Part shown: positions 8,555 through 18,980 of the stretch, one piece after another | How the letters are laid out: the number at the start of each line of letters is the position of its first letter | How positions within the stretch are numbered: position 1 is the first letter of the stretch | Source of the DNA: Candidatus Omnitrophota bacterium | GTDB lineage: Bacteria; Omnitrophota; Gorgyraeia; Gygaellales; Profunditerraquicolaceae | DNA length: 64,000 bases | Reading direction: 5' to 3' | Assembly: GCA_028716965.1 (NCBI GenBank) | Contig: JAQUOV010000001.1 | Coordinates: 70,448-134,447 of the forward strand | The notes under the pieces: model-generated | What the model was told of the DNA's origin: nothing | Seen by the model: only the letters and a program-made list of their open reading frames with translations | Database searches by the model: none | Made by a program: the position numbers and the translations under genes

Positions 8555-10219
8555 TTAGATGAAACTACGCAGTACGATTCCCAACCTTTGAATTTTCTTG
8601 AACACATGGTGATGATTCCTAACTAAAGAAAACCTCATGGTGTAAGCCCAAATTAATCTTATCGACATATACAAAACCGTAACAACCGATGAATACTCTC
8701 TGGGAAATGCTTGTTTTTGCGAAATCTTAAACCACGCGGAACAGTGTAAACAGAAGACTACCATATTAGGGGCGACAATAGCCATAAATTTTTTATGAAC
8801 CTGCTCGCTGCCGCAGAACGGACACCGTAATCGAAGCTCATAGAAATGCTTATTCCTAAAACGCTCATTAAGACGGCGCGTAGCAATGAGCGTCCCGGAA
8901 GTTATATACGTATTCATAAGATTCCACCAGCGTACTCTTAACACCAGATTATAGTACTGTCTGTCTGACATTTTTGTTAGATTTACCATTGGGAGATTCT
9001 TAACATGAGTCAACTTATTTTTAATAAGTCCCTTTTCTATCGCAAGGCGATAAATCGGTGCATCAGGAGCCGCATAAATAAGGCTCATGGTTATATGATA
9101 CACAGGATTATCCTTCCACCACGCTATGGATTCGTTGATTGTAGCAACGGTGTCAGCCGGATCGCCAAGAATAATATTGCCGACGCATTCTAGCTTTACC
9201 TGCCGGCATATTTCTAGGGCATTAATAATTTCGGCACGAGTGATGTGCTTCTCCATACTCTTCAGCACTTCATCGTTCATACTCTCTATACCAAAACCGG
9301 CAAGCATCAAACCGGAGGAGACTAATTCTTCCATTATTTTGCGACTTACATTTGTAACTCTGAACAAGGCGGTCCACTTAATATTATACGGCTTGATAAG
9401 CCTGGCTAACGCTAGCATACGGTCGTTATCAACAGATAGAAGCTCATCATTAAAACTGATCACATTTACCCTGAATGTTTTATATAAATAATCGATCTCA
9501 GCAAAAATATGAGCGAGCGACCGTTGACGGTATTTTTTGCCTAATGGATGATAGCAAAAAGTACAGGAAAATGGGCAGGATCGAGATCCTATAATCTCTG
9601 CGTAGCGAACCTCATCAAAAGCTTCCAGACTAATTATTTGCCGAGCATACTTAATATTTCCCATTGCGTCTCGAAAACCAAAATCTTTGTACTCAGGAAT
9701 CGGCAAGATATCCAGATCTTTTATTTCCTCACGCTTCTCTGTAAATATCAACCGGCCGTCGGCACTCCTAAAAGCCAGACCTTTCACAGCATTAGGCTGA
9801 TTCCGGGATTCAATTGCCTCTATCAATTCAATCAGTGTATATTCTCCTTCACCGATAACAGCATAATCCATCGGAAGATGTCTCAGGGCCAATTCAGGAT
9901 CGGCTGTTACAATCGGCCCCCCAGCCACTGTAATAACATCCTTATTGATACGTTTTGCGCTAAAAAGAATGTCATTAATTAACTCCCAGCTCCTGGTCAT
10001 CCCGCCTGTACATATCATATCCACGTGCCGTTTTGCAAGTTCCCGCTTCATCAATACATGGGTATTTTGCGATTCATGACAAAGATTTAAACACGAAACT
10101 GAGACACCGTGTCTTTTAAGAAAAGCGTAAACGGAAGCCAACCCTATCGGATAGCTATAAAATTGACCGGGGGCCGCAAAGCGGGGTATGACAAACATTA
10201 CATGTTTATTAGTAGTCAT
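8555..10219 (-). CDS. B12-binding radical SAM enzyme (class B) with C-terminal Cys-rich zinc-ribbon-like tail
   Basis: Rossmann-like N-terminal B12 domain (MFVIPRFAAPGQ...). Radical SAM cluster GSRSCPFSCTFCYH (CxxxCxxC). C-terminal CPFCGSE...CLHCSAW. The track start is probably upstream of the real one. Confidence 0.75.
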   Translation of the reverse strand: MTTNKHVMFVIPRFAAPGQFYSYPIGLASVYAFLKRHGVSVSCLNLCHESQNTHVLMKRELAKRHVDMICTGGMTRSWELINDILFSAKRINKDVITVAGGPIVTADPELALRHLPMDYAVIGEGEYTLIELIEAIESRNQPNAVKGLAFRSADGRLIFTEKREEIKDLDILPIPEYKDFGFRDAMGNIKYARQIISLEAFDEVRYAEIIGSRSCPFSCTFCYHPLGKKYRQRSLAHIFAEIDYLYKTFRVNVISFNDELLSVDNDRMLALARLIKPYNIKWTALFRVTNVSRKIMEELVSSGLMLAGFGIESMNDEVLKSMEKHITRAEIINALEICRQVKLECVGNIILGDPADTVATINESIAWWKDNPVYHITMSLIYAAPDAPIYRLAIEKGLIKNKLTHVKNLPMVNLTKMSDRQYYNLVLRVRWWNLMNTYITSGTLIATRRLNERFRNKHFYELRLRCPFCGSEQVHKKFMAIVAPNMVVFCLHCSAWFKISQKQAFPREYSSVVTVLYMSIRLIWAYTMRFSLVRNHHHVFKKIQRLGIVLRSFI

Positions 10220-10255
10220 ATTCTATGAAAAAATGCAAATGGAACTACGGATTAA

Positions 10256-11095
10256 TTATAGTTTAACCTTAGTTATTTCTACGTTAAATTTTTCTATACG
10301 AGAAGAAGATGCGGCAATCAACCCATCAGCGCTTACGCTCTCTCGTATTTTATGAGAAGCAATAATATGGTATTTATTCCTTGTTAAAATATCTAAGCAA
10401 GATTTATGTTTATTGTTTTTATGTGTTGAAATAAAAATATAGTCAATCTTAGCTGCCTTTAATGATTGCCTAGCACCTAATAACATATCGTATTCTGCCC
10501 CTTGGATATCTGAATGCAGAAGAGTCAAATTCTCCTTTATATCAAAACGCTTGATTAAATAATCAACAGAGTAGCGGGGGGTGATAAATTTTGCAGAGTC
10601 CCAATCAACAAATCTATCCTTTTCTTTATATGATCGCCCTATAAATCCGTTCAAGGCTATACAATTAAGATTATTAAGGTTAAAATTAGCTACGCCAATC
10701 TTCAACTTTTTCATGTTTGGTTCAACAATTACCGCCTTGCCACCGACCTGTTTTGTAAACCACATTGAATAGTACGACCAATTGGCTCCTAGTTCAATCA
10801 TAATATTATTTTCAGATTTTGGTATCCTTTGCAAAACTTCATAGAATACTTTCTCCTCTTGTGGTTCGTGATGCCCCTTTAATCTATCAATGATATAGGT
10901 CATCCAATCGCCTTCATAACATCCTCTAATAATTTTAAGACCATTAAACATATATTGTATTTGTTTATCTATTGTATCATCGTATTCGCTTTGACCTGCC
11001 TTACTGCATTTCAGAATGTAGTTACAATCGTCACAAGAGACGGTTAATGCTGCACGTTTCTTTTTGTCATTAGAAAAATTATTTATGTCCATCAA
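10256..11095 (-). CDS. FkbM-family methyltransferase (putative sugar O-methyltransferase)
   Basis: ELGANWSYYSMWF...AVIVEPNMKK resembles the FkbM-domain motif (D/EVGAN.G..S), and the size fits. Confidence 0.5.
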   Translation of the reverse strand: MMDINNFSNDKKKRAALTVSCDDCNYILKCSKAGQSEYDDTIDKQIQYMFNGLKIIRGCYEGDWMTYIIDRLKGHHEPQEEKVFYEVLQRIPKSENNIMIELGANWSYYSMWFTKQVGGKAVIVEPNMKKLKIGVANFNLNNLNCIALNGFIGRSYKEKDRFVDWDSAKFITPRYSVDYLIKRFDIKENLTLLHSDIQGAEYDMLLGARQSLKAAKIDYIFISTHKNNKHKSCLDILTRNKYHIIASHKIRESVSADGLIAASSSRIEKFNVEITKVKL

Positions 11096-11113
11096 TCTAT
11101 GCTCCTCATTGAA

Positions 11114-12232
11114 TTAATTATTCAATAAATCCATATCCCTGCTTTTTTGAATTATTTTTTTCTCTATAGCGGTAGCTAATAACTTGTGGCCATTTTCATT
11201 CCAATGTCCGTCTTTTAAAAAAAGCCCTCCCAAAGCAGATTTATATACTTGAAGTTGTTCTCTTCTTATATCTATCACATCAACACTTAAACTTACACAT
11301 AGCTTTTTAATAATATTAAGTGGTTTATCAATATTAATTTTGTTTAAATCCAGCTCGCTCTGAGTTAATAAATTCCTGCGATAAGGATCAAGGACATACG
11401 AAGGATACGCCAGACACACGATTGGCATTGACCCTTCATTAAAAATTGACAATAAAAATTTCTTCAAAATTGCCTCTGTCCGGTTAACACAATCTGTTAT
11501 CTCTGGAGGATATTTATCGCTATATAATTCCATTTCCTTTGTATAGAATTGCTGCTTTCTTGCATGCTGAGCCTTTAGCCTAAAAATGGCGTTGCGCAAA
11601 AAAGACAATAACCTTACTCTTGATAATGCGCTTCTTAAGAAACCTTTCTTGTATGGAACAAACTCCTCAGCTACAAGATCACCGTTTTCTGAAACAGAAA
11701 AATATGGCCTATGCCTCATTAAATCAATACTAGGCAGGCACTCTGAAAGGATTTTATCATTATCTATAAAGTCATTGACCGAAAATACGATAATCACAAA
11801 ATCAGGGCGATACTTCTTTACATACGCCCAATAAGTTAAATATTCATTGGTTGTTCCAAAACTAGATACGCCAAAATTCATAACTTCACTTTTTATAACT
11901 GAATTTAAACTCTTTTCTAAAACAGTAGTTAACATGTCACTTTGGTTAACTTGTAATGCTTCAACAAAAGAATCCCCTATTACTGCTATTCTCAAAACTC
12001 CCTTTTTATTTTCTAACTGGTGATCAATATCACGAAACCCTTCTTTATTAAATTTTACTTTTGCTTTAAACCCTGGTCCATAGAATACCCCAGAGAAATT
12101 CGGAGTATGCTTCCACCCTATCAGATTGTCGCTTTGCCAATAGTTAATATCAATCAGCAAGGCTTGAGATATGATTATTAAGAGAAAAAAAGGTACTGCT
12201 ACAATTATAAGTAAGCTTTTTGTTTTGCTCAT
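11114..12232 (-). CDS. SGNH/GDSL hydrolase-fold protein with N-terminal membrane anchor (AlgX/AlgJ-like glycan O-acyl modifying candidate)
   Basis: N-terminal TM helix, then RIAVIGDSFVEAL (GDS block I) and a later DGHWNENGH (block V-like DxxH). Confidence 0.5.
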   Translation of the reverse strand: MSKTKSLLIIVAVPFFLLIIISQALLIDINYWQSDNLIGWKHTPNFSGVFYGPGFKAKVKFNKEGFRDIDHQLENKKGVLRIAVIGDSFVEALQVNQSDMLTTVLEKSLNSVIKSEVMNFGVSSFGTTNEYLTYWAYVKKYRPDFVIIVFSVNDFIDNDKILSECLPSIDLMRHRPYFSVSENGDLVAEEFVPYKKGFLRSALSRVRLLSFLRNAIFRLKAQHARKQQFYTKEMELYSDKYPPEITDCVNRTEAILKKFLLSIFNEGSMPIVCLAYPSYVLDPYRRNLLTQSELDLNKINIDKPLNIIKKLCVSLSVDVIDIRREQLQVYKSALGGLFLKDGHWNENGHKLLATAIEKKIIQKSRDMDLLNN

Positions 12233-12268
12233 TTATTACCAGCGGCTCAAGAATTATAAACTGTTATC

Positions 12269-13081
12269 TTAGTTGCTACGATCGTGATCTTTCTCCAAAA
12301 ACCATAGATTTGCCCAGACAGCAAAACGAAATACCGAATAAAGCACGGCTAATATAAAACCTTCAACACCATCTAAAAATCCTGCACGCACTATATACAT
12401 TACCATAAAAGTCCTTAAAGGCTGGAAGATAAGTTTGTGTAATCTAAATTTCTTCTTTTTATCAAACATATTTTTAGCTTCAATTAAAGCATATATACCA
12501 ATTGTCTTATCAATATATCTTTTAATCGAAGGATATGGGTAATGTTCTATATAATAACTGAGTGGTAATTCTTCTCGGTTTTTTACCTTTTCTTTTAAAT
12601 TAATAAAATCGTGATGTATAAATTCATCACGCTGATCATAAGTTTCTAAATATACTTTTTTTCTAAAGAACCTCGGGAAATTATTACTAAAAAATCCTCC
12701 GTGCCTAATCATTTTTCCAAAGTAATTATAGAAAATCCCGACAAATACCACATCCACCCTGTCTTGCTTAGCAATTTCCTTTAACTTTATGGCTAACCTT
12801 TCAGTCATTACCTCATCAGCGTCAATTACTAATACCCATTCGCAAGAGGCGTTTGATATAGCAAAATATCTGGTGGGCGAAACATATCCGATTTTTTCAT
12901 AATAAACAACAACCGCCCCTAATTCTTTAGCTATTTCAACCGTCTTATCCTCACTATACCCATCGCAAACTATGATTTCGTCAGCTATACACTTGACACT
13001 TTCTATGCAGCGACGGATATTGCTTGCTTCGTTCAAAGTATTAATAACTACCGAAATCTTCTTCAGCTTATTTTGCGTCAT
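12269..13081 (-). CDS. Family 2 glycosyltransferase
   Basis: ISVVINTLNEASNIRRCIESV, DGYSEDKTVEIAKE and VIDADE (DXD) are a classic GT-A/GT2 N-terminal domain. Confidence 0.85.
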   Translation of the reverse strand: MTQNKLKKISVVINTLNEASNIRRCIESVKCIADEIIVCDGYSEDKTVEIAKELGAVVVYYEKIGYVSPTRYFAISNASCEWVLVIDADEVMTERLAIKLKEIAKQDRVDVVFVGIFYNYFGKMIRHGGFFSNNFPRFFRKKVYLETYDQRDEFIHHDFINLKEKVKNREELPLSYYIEHYPYPSIKRYIDKTIGIYALIEAKNMFDKKKKFRLHKLIFQPLRTFMVMYIVRAGFLDGVEGFILAVLYSVFRFAVWANLWFLEKDHDRSN

Positions 13082-13110
13082 TCATATGGAGTCGAATTAA
13101 ACGACTTATC

Positions 13111-13728
13111 CTATTTTTGGTCCAATATTGTTTTTATATAATCAATCAACGGTTCCGAATCTGTAATATGGACATGCTCATCGCTCTTCTCTGGAATTAG
13201 AAATCCGTCTTTATCGGAGTATTTTTCATAAACATCAATAAAAAGATATTTGCTCTCCCGCAAGCGATCATTAAGCCTCTTAACAAAACTAAGGCGCTCT
13301 TCATCTGAACCCAGAAAAGGAAAATCCAAGTTTTCCTTAACTTTTGCTTTACGCGGAGGAGGTAGAACATTAAAAAGCCAAATATTCGGGTGAATCTTTG
13401 CGTTATGATCTACGGCCGCCAAATAATCACTGGCTAGCTTATCAATTGTTTCCGGCCAAGGAGGATGCTTATAAATATGGCAACGACAATCTATCTCCCC
13501 AAAACAAAAAACTACAATCGCATCCTTAGGGATATCTTTAACTACTATTGGACTATCCTGACCAAAACTGTACATTGTCATTGGCCCAATAGTCTGCGTC
13601 TTTACAAAAGGAATCTTAATCCATGCGTATCTACAATGGCTATCTCCTACCGTATAAATAAGTGGTTTATCTTTTAACAAAAATCTATTCCAGATTATTT
13701 TCCAGGATAGCACTCTATACACTCCCAA
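13111..13728 (-). CDS. Hypothetical protein, possible SGNH-hydrolase-like
   Basis: YTVGDSHCRY (GDSH), FGEIDCRCH and C-terminal DEHVH are weakly SGNH-like. No other motif recognised. Confidence 0.35.
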   Translation of the reverse strand: MGVYRVLSWKIIWNRFLLKDKPLIYTVGDSHCRYAWIKIPFVKTQTIGPMTMYSFGQDSPIVVKDIPKDAIVVFCFGEIDCRCHIYKHPPWPETIDKLASDYLAAVDHNAKIHPNIWLFNVLPPPRKAKVKENLDFPFLGSDEERLSFVKRLNDRLRESKYLFIDVYEKYSDKDGFLIPEKSDEHVHITDSEPLIDYIKTILDQK

Positions 13729-13939
13729 AGTTTTAATCGCATATTGATAAACTTCTTAAACTCCAGAAATATTTTCTGTTGTTCTCTAGCTCCAAACCGA
13801 CACATTTCATGCTTTACTTCTTACGCACTTTCTCACTCACAAGCCATTACCCTATCCTTAAACTTCCTAGAGTCTTTCGGACCGCATTTTATTGCTCTTT
13901 TATATAAACCAATCTTAGATGCGTTAAGATTACCGCCAA

Positions 13940-15238
13940 TCAGGCCTTTATATAATTCCGGAAGATAGCATACGCTGCCCACAACCAAGCAAAAATGAAG
14001 AAGATTAATTTTATAGAATTATATTTAATTGCACCCTGATTTCCGAAAAAACATATTTCGCTAGCTACGTTATCCAATAACGAGACAACTACCAAACAGA
14101 TTACTGTTAATTCTAATGAGAATAAGGACCCAATATAAATTGCAATAAGCGTTACCGCCACACGAATAATGCCCAATATAGTATAAATATAACCAAAGCC
14201 TAATATTTTCGAGTAATCATAGTTAAGACCAACAATCATTCCGGTAGGCAAGGAAACGGAGAATATTTGTACTAGAGGTATCATTGGATTCCATTTGCTC
14301 CCCATAATCGCAGGAATAACTATGGGCGATAGAAAATATGTAGCAATACTTAAGATAAACGATATCAAACCAATAATATAAAAATACTGATAGTACCTTA
14401 AATTGTAATAATTATAATCATTTTTACGTTGAGCAATATCGGAAAAAACAACTTTTTGTACCTGCGGAGTAACAGTATTGGGTATTAAATAAGATAAAGT
14501 ATTACCTGTTTTATAAAAACCCAAATTGTAAATGCCTAAAATTTTTCCGACAATAAGCGAATCAACTTGGGTAACAAAGAAACCACATACGGAAAAAGCC
14601 AAGATATGTTTTCCTAAATTAAACAAGCGCGAGAATACGGCCAGGTTAAAATAAAGTTTTGGCTTCCATCCAGATCTCACTAAAAGAAAACAAACGGTCA
14701 TCGCCCTCCCAGAGAGATAGCCGATAATTAAAGCAAAAACTCCAAAGCCCTTTAGGGCTAATAAATAAGTAATTACTCCATATAATAAAACAGGCAATAT
14801 CTGACGATAAAACAAAACGTTATATTTGTTACTTTTCATATAGAAAGTTTCTAACGGGTACTCTAGGCAGTAAATAAAAATCATTAACCCATAAATAATC
14901 AACACAATTTTAAGCGCAGGAACTTCAAACCAAAAGGCAATATATTTTGCCAGAATAAAAATAATAGCATAGATAATAACTCCCAAAAACAGCTGGACCG
15001 TAAATTGCATAGAAATTAAATTATTATCATCCTGCTCAATGATAATTGCTTGAGAGATCCCCAAATCTTTAATGATCTCAATAAAACCAATTACCGCAGC
15101 GGCGATCGCAAATAATCCAAAATCATCGGGGTTTAAAATTCTCGCAATCAAAATCGTAAAAAGTGGGAAGATCGCCTGCGCGAGAAATTTGCCGCCGATA
15201 TTCCAACCGACATTCTTAACTATTTTCTTATTCAACAT
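13940..15238 (-). CDS. wzx: Wzx-type oligosaccharide flippase (MOP/polysaccharide biosynthesis protein family)
   Basis: 432 aa with about 12 TM helices. The N-terminus KNVGWNIGGKFLAQAIFPLFTILIARILNPDDFGLFAIA is typical of Wzx/PST family proteins. Confidence 0.7.
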   Translation of the reverse strand: MLNKKIVKNVGWNIGGKFLAQAIFPLFTILIARILNPDDFGLFAIAAAVIGFIEIIKDLGISQAIIIEQDDNNLISMQFTVQLFLGVIIYAIIFILAKYIAFWFEVPALKIVLIIYGLMIFIYCLEYPLETFYMKSNKYNVLFYRQILPVLLYGVITYLLALKGFGVFALIIGYLSGRAMTVCFLLVRSGWKPKLYFNLAVFSRLFNLGKHILAFSVCGFFVTQVDSLIVGKILGIYNLGFYKTGNTLSYLIPNTVTPQVQKVVFSDIAQRKNDYNYYNLRYYQYFYIIGLISFILSIATYFLSPIVIPAIMGSKWNPMIPLVQIFSVSLPTGMIVGLNYDYSKILGFGYIYTILGIIRVAVTLIAIYIGSLFSLELTVICLVVVSLLDNVASEICFFGNQGAIKYNSIKLIFFIFAWLWAAYAIFRNYIKA

Positions 15239-15258
15239 TTTATTTTAGCAATTTAGGT

Positions 15259-16080
15259 CTAGCTGAAATCAACTCTCTTGATATAAAAATAAGTCTTTTT
15301 AAACATAAGCGGTAAATTTAAAGACTTAATTCTTAAATATAGCCAAATTTTAGAAAAAAGCTGGCACAATTTATTAACATGTACATATCTCTTATGAACG
15401 ATACCATTTTCATCTTCAATTATTTTTCCTAAGGTTGCCGACATAGTCGCATTGTGACAACGGTATCTTGCCAAAGTTTTATTTATGCGTAAAAAACGAC
15501 AACACTTTCCAGCCTTAGCATAAAAATCAAAATCTCCCGCATACTTAAACAAGGTATTAAAATAACCTATTTTTTGATGAACACTGTTTCGCCAGAAAGT
15601 TGCCGGTTGTGCTAAGCTACTAGAATTAAAACAAACGTAAGCCTGCCATTTGTATTTAGGGTAACGGTAATTATAGAGAAGCTCACCGTTAGATCCTATG
15701 AAATCACAATTTCCATAAACCAATTCCGTATCCGGATGCTTTCGGAAATAGTCAACCACTGTCTCCACTGTTTCAGGATAATAAAGATCATCCGAATTAA
15801 GGTATGCCAAAATTGAACCGGAAGCAGCACGAATACCCTTATTAATTGCCGCATACATTGAGCAGTCCGGCTCACTTAACCAGTATTTTATCCTGGTTGC
15901 GTACTTTTTTATCGTATCAAGTGAACCGTCCGTTGAGCCGCCATCAATGATAATATATTCAATGTTGCCATAAGTCTGGCCGAGGACTGACTGGATAGCC
16001 TGCCCAAGGTATGCATTACCGTTTAAAACCGGAGTAATAATGCTAACTAAAGGATTAGCCGAATTTGATTTTTCTTGCAT
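15259..16080 (-). CDS. Family 2 glycosyltransferase
   Basis: VSIITPVLNGNAYLGQAIQSVLGQTY, IEYIIIDGGSTDGS and NSDD (DXD-like). Confidence 0.85.
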   Translation of the reverse strand: MQEKSNSANPLVSIITPVLNGNAYLGQAIQSVLGQTYGNIEYIIIDGGSTDGSLDTIKKYATRIKYWLSEPDCSMYAAINKGIRAASGSILAYLNSDDLYYPETVETVVDYFRKHPDTELVYGNCDFIGSNGELLYNYRYPKYKWQAYVCFNSSSLAQPATFWRNSVHQKIGYFNTLFKYAGDFDFYAKAGKCCRFLRINKTLARYRCHNATMSATLGKIIEDENGIVHKRYVHVNKLCQLFSKIWLYLRIKSLNLPLMFKKTYFYIKRVDFS

Positions 16081-16082
16081 TT

Positions 16083-17027
16083 TTACAATAGCTGAGTTTT
16101 TTCTCTATACCATCTGATAACTTCTTTTAAACCGTCTTTGAACTTGGTGTTTGCTTTAAAACCGAATTCCTTAAGTGCCTTTTTAGTATCCACGCACCTG
16201 CGCGGCTGGCCTTCAGGCTTACTGCTATCCCAGATAACCTTCCCTTTAAAACCGGTCAGCTTAACAATCAAATCAACAAGATCTTTAATTGATATCTCAA
16301 TCCCTGTGCCCAAATTCACCGGATCGCTTTTATTATATTGCTGCGTTGCCAAAACTATGCCCCTAACAGCATCCTGGATATAAATAAACTCCCGCGTTGA
16401 GTTACCTCTACCCCATACCGTAATCTTTTTAGCACCCTTACATCGAGCGTCAATACATTTTTTAATCAGAGCGGGAATTACATGAGATGTAATAGGATCA
16501 AAATTATCTCCCGGACCATAAAGGTTTGCTAAAATAAGATTAATAGAATTAAAACCATATTGTTGACGATATGACTGTGATTGAACTAAAAGCATTTTCT
16601 TGGCTAAGCCGTAAGGGGCATTAGTTTCATCGGGATAACCATTCCAAATATCTTCTTCTTTAAAAGGAACAGGCACAAATTTTGGATAGCTGCAGATTGT
16701 GCCGATAGTTACAAATTTCTCGATGCCTTTTTGCCTGCCTATTTCCATTAGCTGCGCTCCCATCAGGAGATTGTCGTAGAAAAATTTCCCGGGGTTATCC
16801 CTGTTTGCGCCGATGCCGCCGACTTTAGCTGCCAGGTGGATAACAATATCCGGTTTTGCATCGTCATAAACCTTCTTTACAAACTCCATTTGCACCAGGT
16901 CATAATCCTTGCTGCGCGGGACAAATATTTCTCTACAACCGATTTTTCTAAGGTACTGCACAAGAAACGTCCCCAGAAAACCATTGCCTCCGGGTATCAG
17001 GATAGATTTGTTCTTTAAATTAATCAT
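16083..17027 (-). CDS. fcl: GDP-L-fucose synthase (GDP-4-keto-6-deoxy-D-mannose 3,5-epimerase/4-reductase)
   Basis: [11 protein letters not shown] Rossmann motif. [55 protein letters not shown] closely mirrors the Fcl catalytic block (YxxxK, NLYGP.DNF...SHV.PAL). Confidence 0.85.
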   Translation of the reverse strand: MINLKNKSILIPGGNGFLGTFLVQYLRKIGCREIFVPRSKDYDLVQMEFVKKVYDDAKPDIVIHLAAKVGGIGANRDNPGKFFYDNLLMGAQLMEIGRQKGIEKFVTIGTICSYPKFVPVPFKEEDIWNGYPDETNAPYGLAKKMLLVQSQSYRQQYGFNSINLILANLYGPGDNFDPITSHVIPALIKKCIDARCKGAKKITVWGRGNSTREFIYIQDAVRGIVLATQQYNKSDPVNLGTGIEISIKDLVDLIVKLTGFKGKVIWDSSKPEGQPRRCVDTKKALKEFGFKANTKFKDGLKEVIRWYREKTQLL

Positions 17028-17838
17028 CGCTGGCCAGTATACCTTTCATTGCTTTATTATTGATGTTTTTTCTCTCTTTATCAAAAAACCATCCCCATTT
17101 ATTAAAATATTTAATCCCTGAGCAGACAAGGTGTTTAAAAACTACCGGATCTTTATTGGAGCTTCTTTCATACTTGTGGTAAATCCAGGCTTGCGGATAA
17201 TATACTGTCCTATATAATTCATGTATCCTTCTGGTTAAATCAAGGTCCTCAAAATGGATAAAAAACCTTTCATCAAATAAACCTACCTGCCGGAATATAT
17301 TGCTTCTGATAAACATGAAGCAGCCTGATAAGTATGGCACATCCGTTACCCCGGAAAAACCTGCGCAGTTAAGCCTCTTGCGGCTTAACAACCTGTTTAA
17401 TGGCCGGATATTGGCTTTCCTGAAAAACATATCGCAGGGATTTGGCAAGAGCTTACAGAGATCCTGCAAAGAGCCGTCCGGGTATAAAACTTTCGGCATG
17501 GCAAGTCCGACAGCCGGGTTTTGTTCCATAAAATCAAAAAGCCGCTCAAGCGTCCCCCCTTCAAAATAAACATCCGGGTTCAAGATTAAAGAATACCTGC
17601 TTTTTCCGGATGCCTTGCGTATGGCGATATTGTGCCCGGCGCCAAAACCCAGATTATTATTATTAAAGATATATTCTACATTTTTAGAAACGCAAACATC
17701 CCTCAAATCATCCGCAGGAGAGTTGTCTATTATGTAAAGATATGTATTTAACCGGCTATTAAGAAAACTGACAATTGCTTTTTTTATATCATCTTTGCTA
17801 TTTTTAAATGTTACTATTGAACCTACGATATCATACAT
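17020..17838 (-). CDS. Family 2-like glycosyltransferase
   Basis: N-terminal GT-A-like beta-alpha-beta with [11 protein letters not shown] and later acidic motifs. Less canonical than the other GT2s. Confidence 0.55.
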   Translation of the reverse strand: MYDIVGSIVTFKNSKDDIKKAIVSFLNSRLNTYLYIIDNSPADDLRDVCVSKNVEYIFNNNNLGFGAGHNIAIRKASGKSRYSLILNPDVYFEGGTLERLFDFMEQNPAVGLAMPKVLYPDGSLQDLCKLLPNPCDMFFRKANIRPLNRLLSRKRLNCAGFSGVTDVPYLSGCFMFIRSNIFRQVGLFDERFFIHFEDLDLTRRIHELYRTVYYPQAWIYHKYERSSNKDPVVFKHLVCSGIKYFNKWGWFFDKERKNINNKAMKGILASDD

Positions 17839-17876
17839 CGCTAAACTCCTCGCATATCTTTATCTTAAGCTTATAT

Positions 17877-18980
17877 CTAGTTTGCCGATAATAATATATC
17901 AAACAGCCCTTTCCAATCCCGCGAAAAAGGCTCGGCAATTATTTCAGGATTTATATTTTCAAAAACAGCTACCCCATCCATCACTATTTTCATCACATCA
18001 GCCAATTGCTCATGGTTATCGGTATTAAAAAACTTGGCCTTGCCATAAGCGCCTAAAGTCTCGTGGGCATAAGGCAGGTCCGCAAGCAGTAACGGTTTAT
18101 CGTATTTTTTAAACTCGGTAATCGGTAATCCCCAGGTTTCTAACTTTGAGGGGAAAATCAGGCAATCTGCGGTATCATAAAGATTAATGATATCCTCCCT
18201 TCTCTGCAGGCCCAGGAAAATAATATTCTTCATATTCCCGAAAGAATTATAAATGCCCCTGGAATACCAGTTTTCTTTTCCGGAAATTGTAAATATGACC
18301 TTAAAATTAGTGACTCCCCGTTTCAACAGCGCCTGCGCAGCCTTGCAGATAACTTCAAAGTTTTTAAAAACCCTGGGAAAGGCCGGATAAAGGAAGGTAA
18401 AATCTCCTTCGCGCCTTATAATGCCCCCCTGTCTCTTTGAGAAATTTCCATCATGGACTTTCGGGTGGGCAACGATTACGTTCTTAAGCCCGAACAGCTT
18501 CCTGAATTCCCGCCTTAACCAATCTTGTTGCACAATCACGAAATCAGCCTTGCGGATATTTATCATATAGAGGTATTTATAAAACAGGTTAAACAAGGCA
18601 AATCTCGGATCCTTTATAGCCTGTCCGAACGATAAATCATAAAAAGGCGAGGCGTTGTGGCAATAAACCGCCAAACGTTGCGCTTTAACATTCGAAGTAA
18701 TGTCGTGAAGGGACAACCAAAGAAAAGGATTGAGCCGTTTCGACAACTTGTTAAAAAAAATGTATTCATAGTATAAACGGTTAAGCCATGATTTCTTTGA
18801 TTGCGGGAATTCCAAATATTCCATATTCCCACAGCTAAACAGCCCTTTTCTGTTTACGAGCGCAATTATCTCGTATTTATCCGATAAGTCTTCCGATAAA
18901 TACTCCAGGCATTCCTGCAATACGGTTAAAGGCCCTGCCTCAAGCAGGTTAATAGCGGAAACAATGATTTTTCTTCTCAT
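17877..18980 (-). CDS. GT-B fold glycosyltransferase (GT4/GT1-like)
   Basis: C-terminal CLIFPSKLETWGLPITEFKKYDKPLL matches the GT4 E-x7-E motif region. Confidence 0.6.
   Translation of the reverse strand: MRRKIIVSAINLLEAGPLTVLQECLEYLSEDLSDKYEIIALVNRKGLFSCGNMEYLEFPQSKKSWLNRLYYEYIFFNKLSKRLNPFLWLSLHDITSNVKAQRLAVYCHNASPFYDLSFGQAIKDPRFALFNLFYKYLYMINIRKADFVIVQQDWLRREFRKLFGLKNVIVAHPKVHDGNFSKRQGGIIRREGDFTFLYPAFPRVFKNFEVICKAAQALLKRGVTNFKVIFTISGKENWYSRGIYNSFGNMKNIIFLGLQRREDIINLYDTADCLIFPSKLETWGLPITEFKKYDKPLLLADLPYAHETLGAYGKAKFFNTDNHEQLADVMKIVMDGVAVFENINPEIIAEPFSRDWKGLFDILLSAN

Noticed and set aside
18614-18832. Small minus-strand ORFs nested in another frame of larger genes (18614-18832, 29714-29929, 35040-35243, 61383-61616)
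   Set aside because: They overlap out of frame with well-supported CDS (GT4, B12 radical SAM, the 610-aa protein, the amidotransferase) and carry no independent support.
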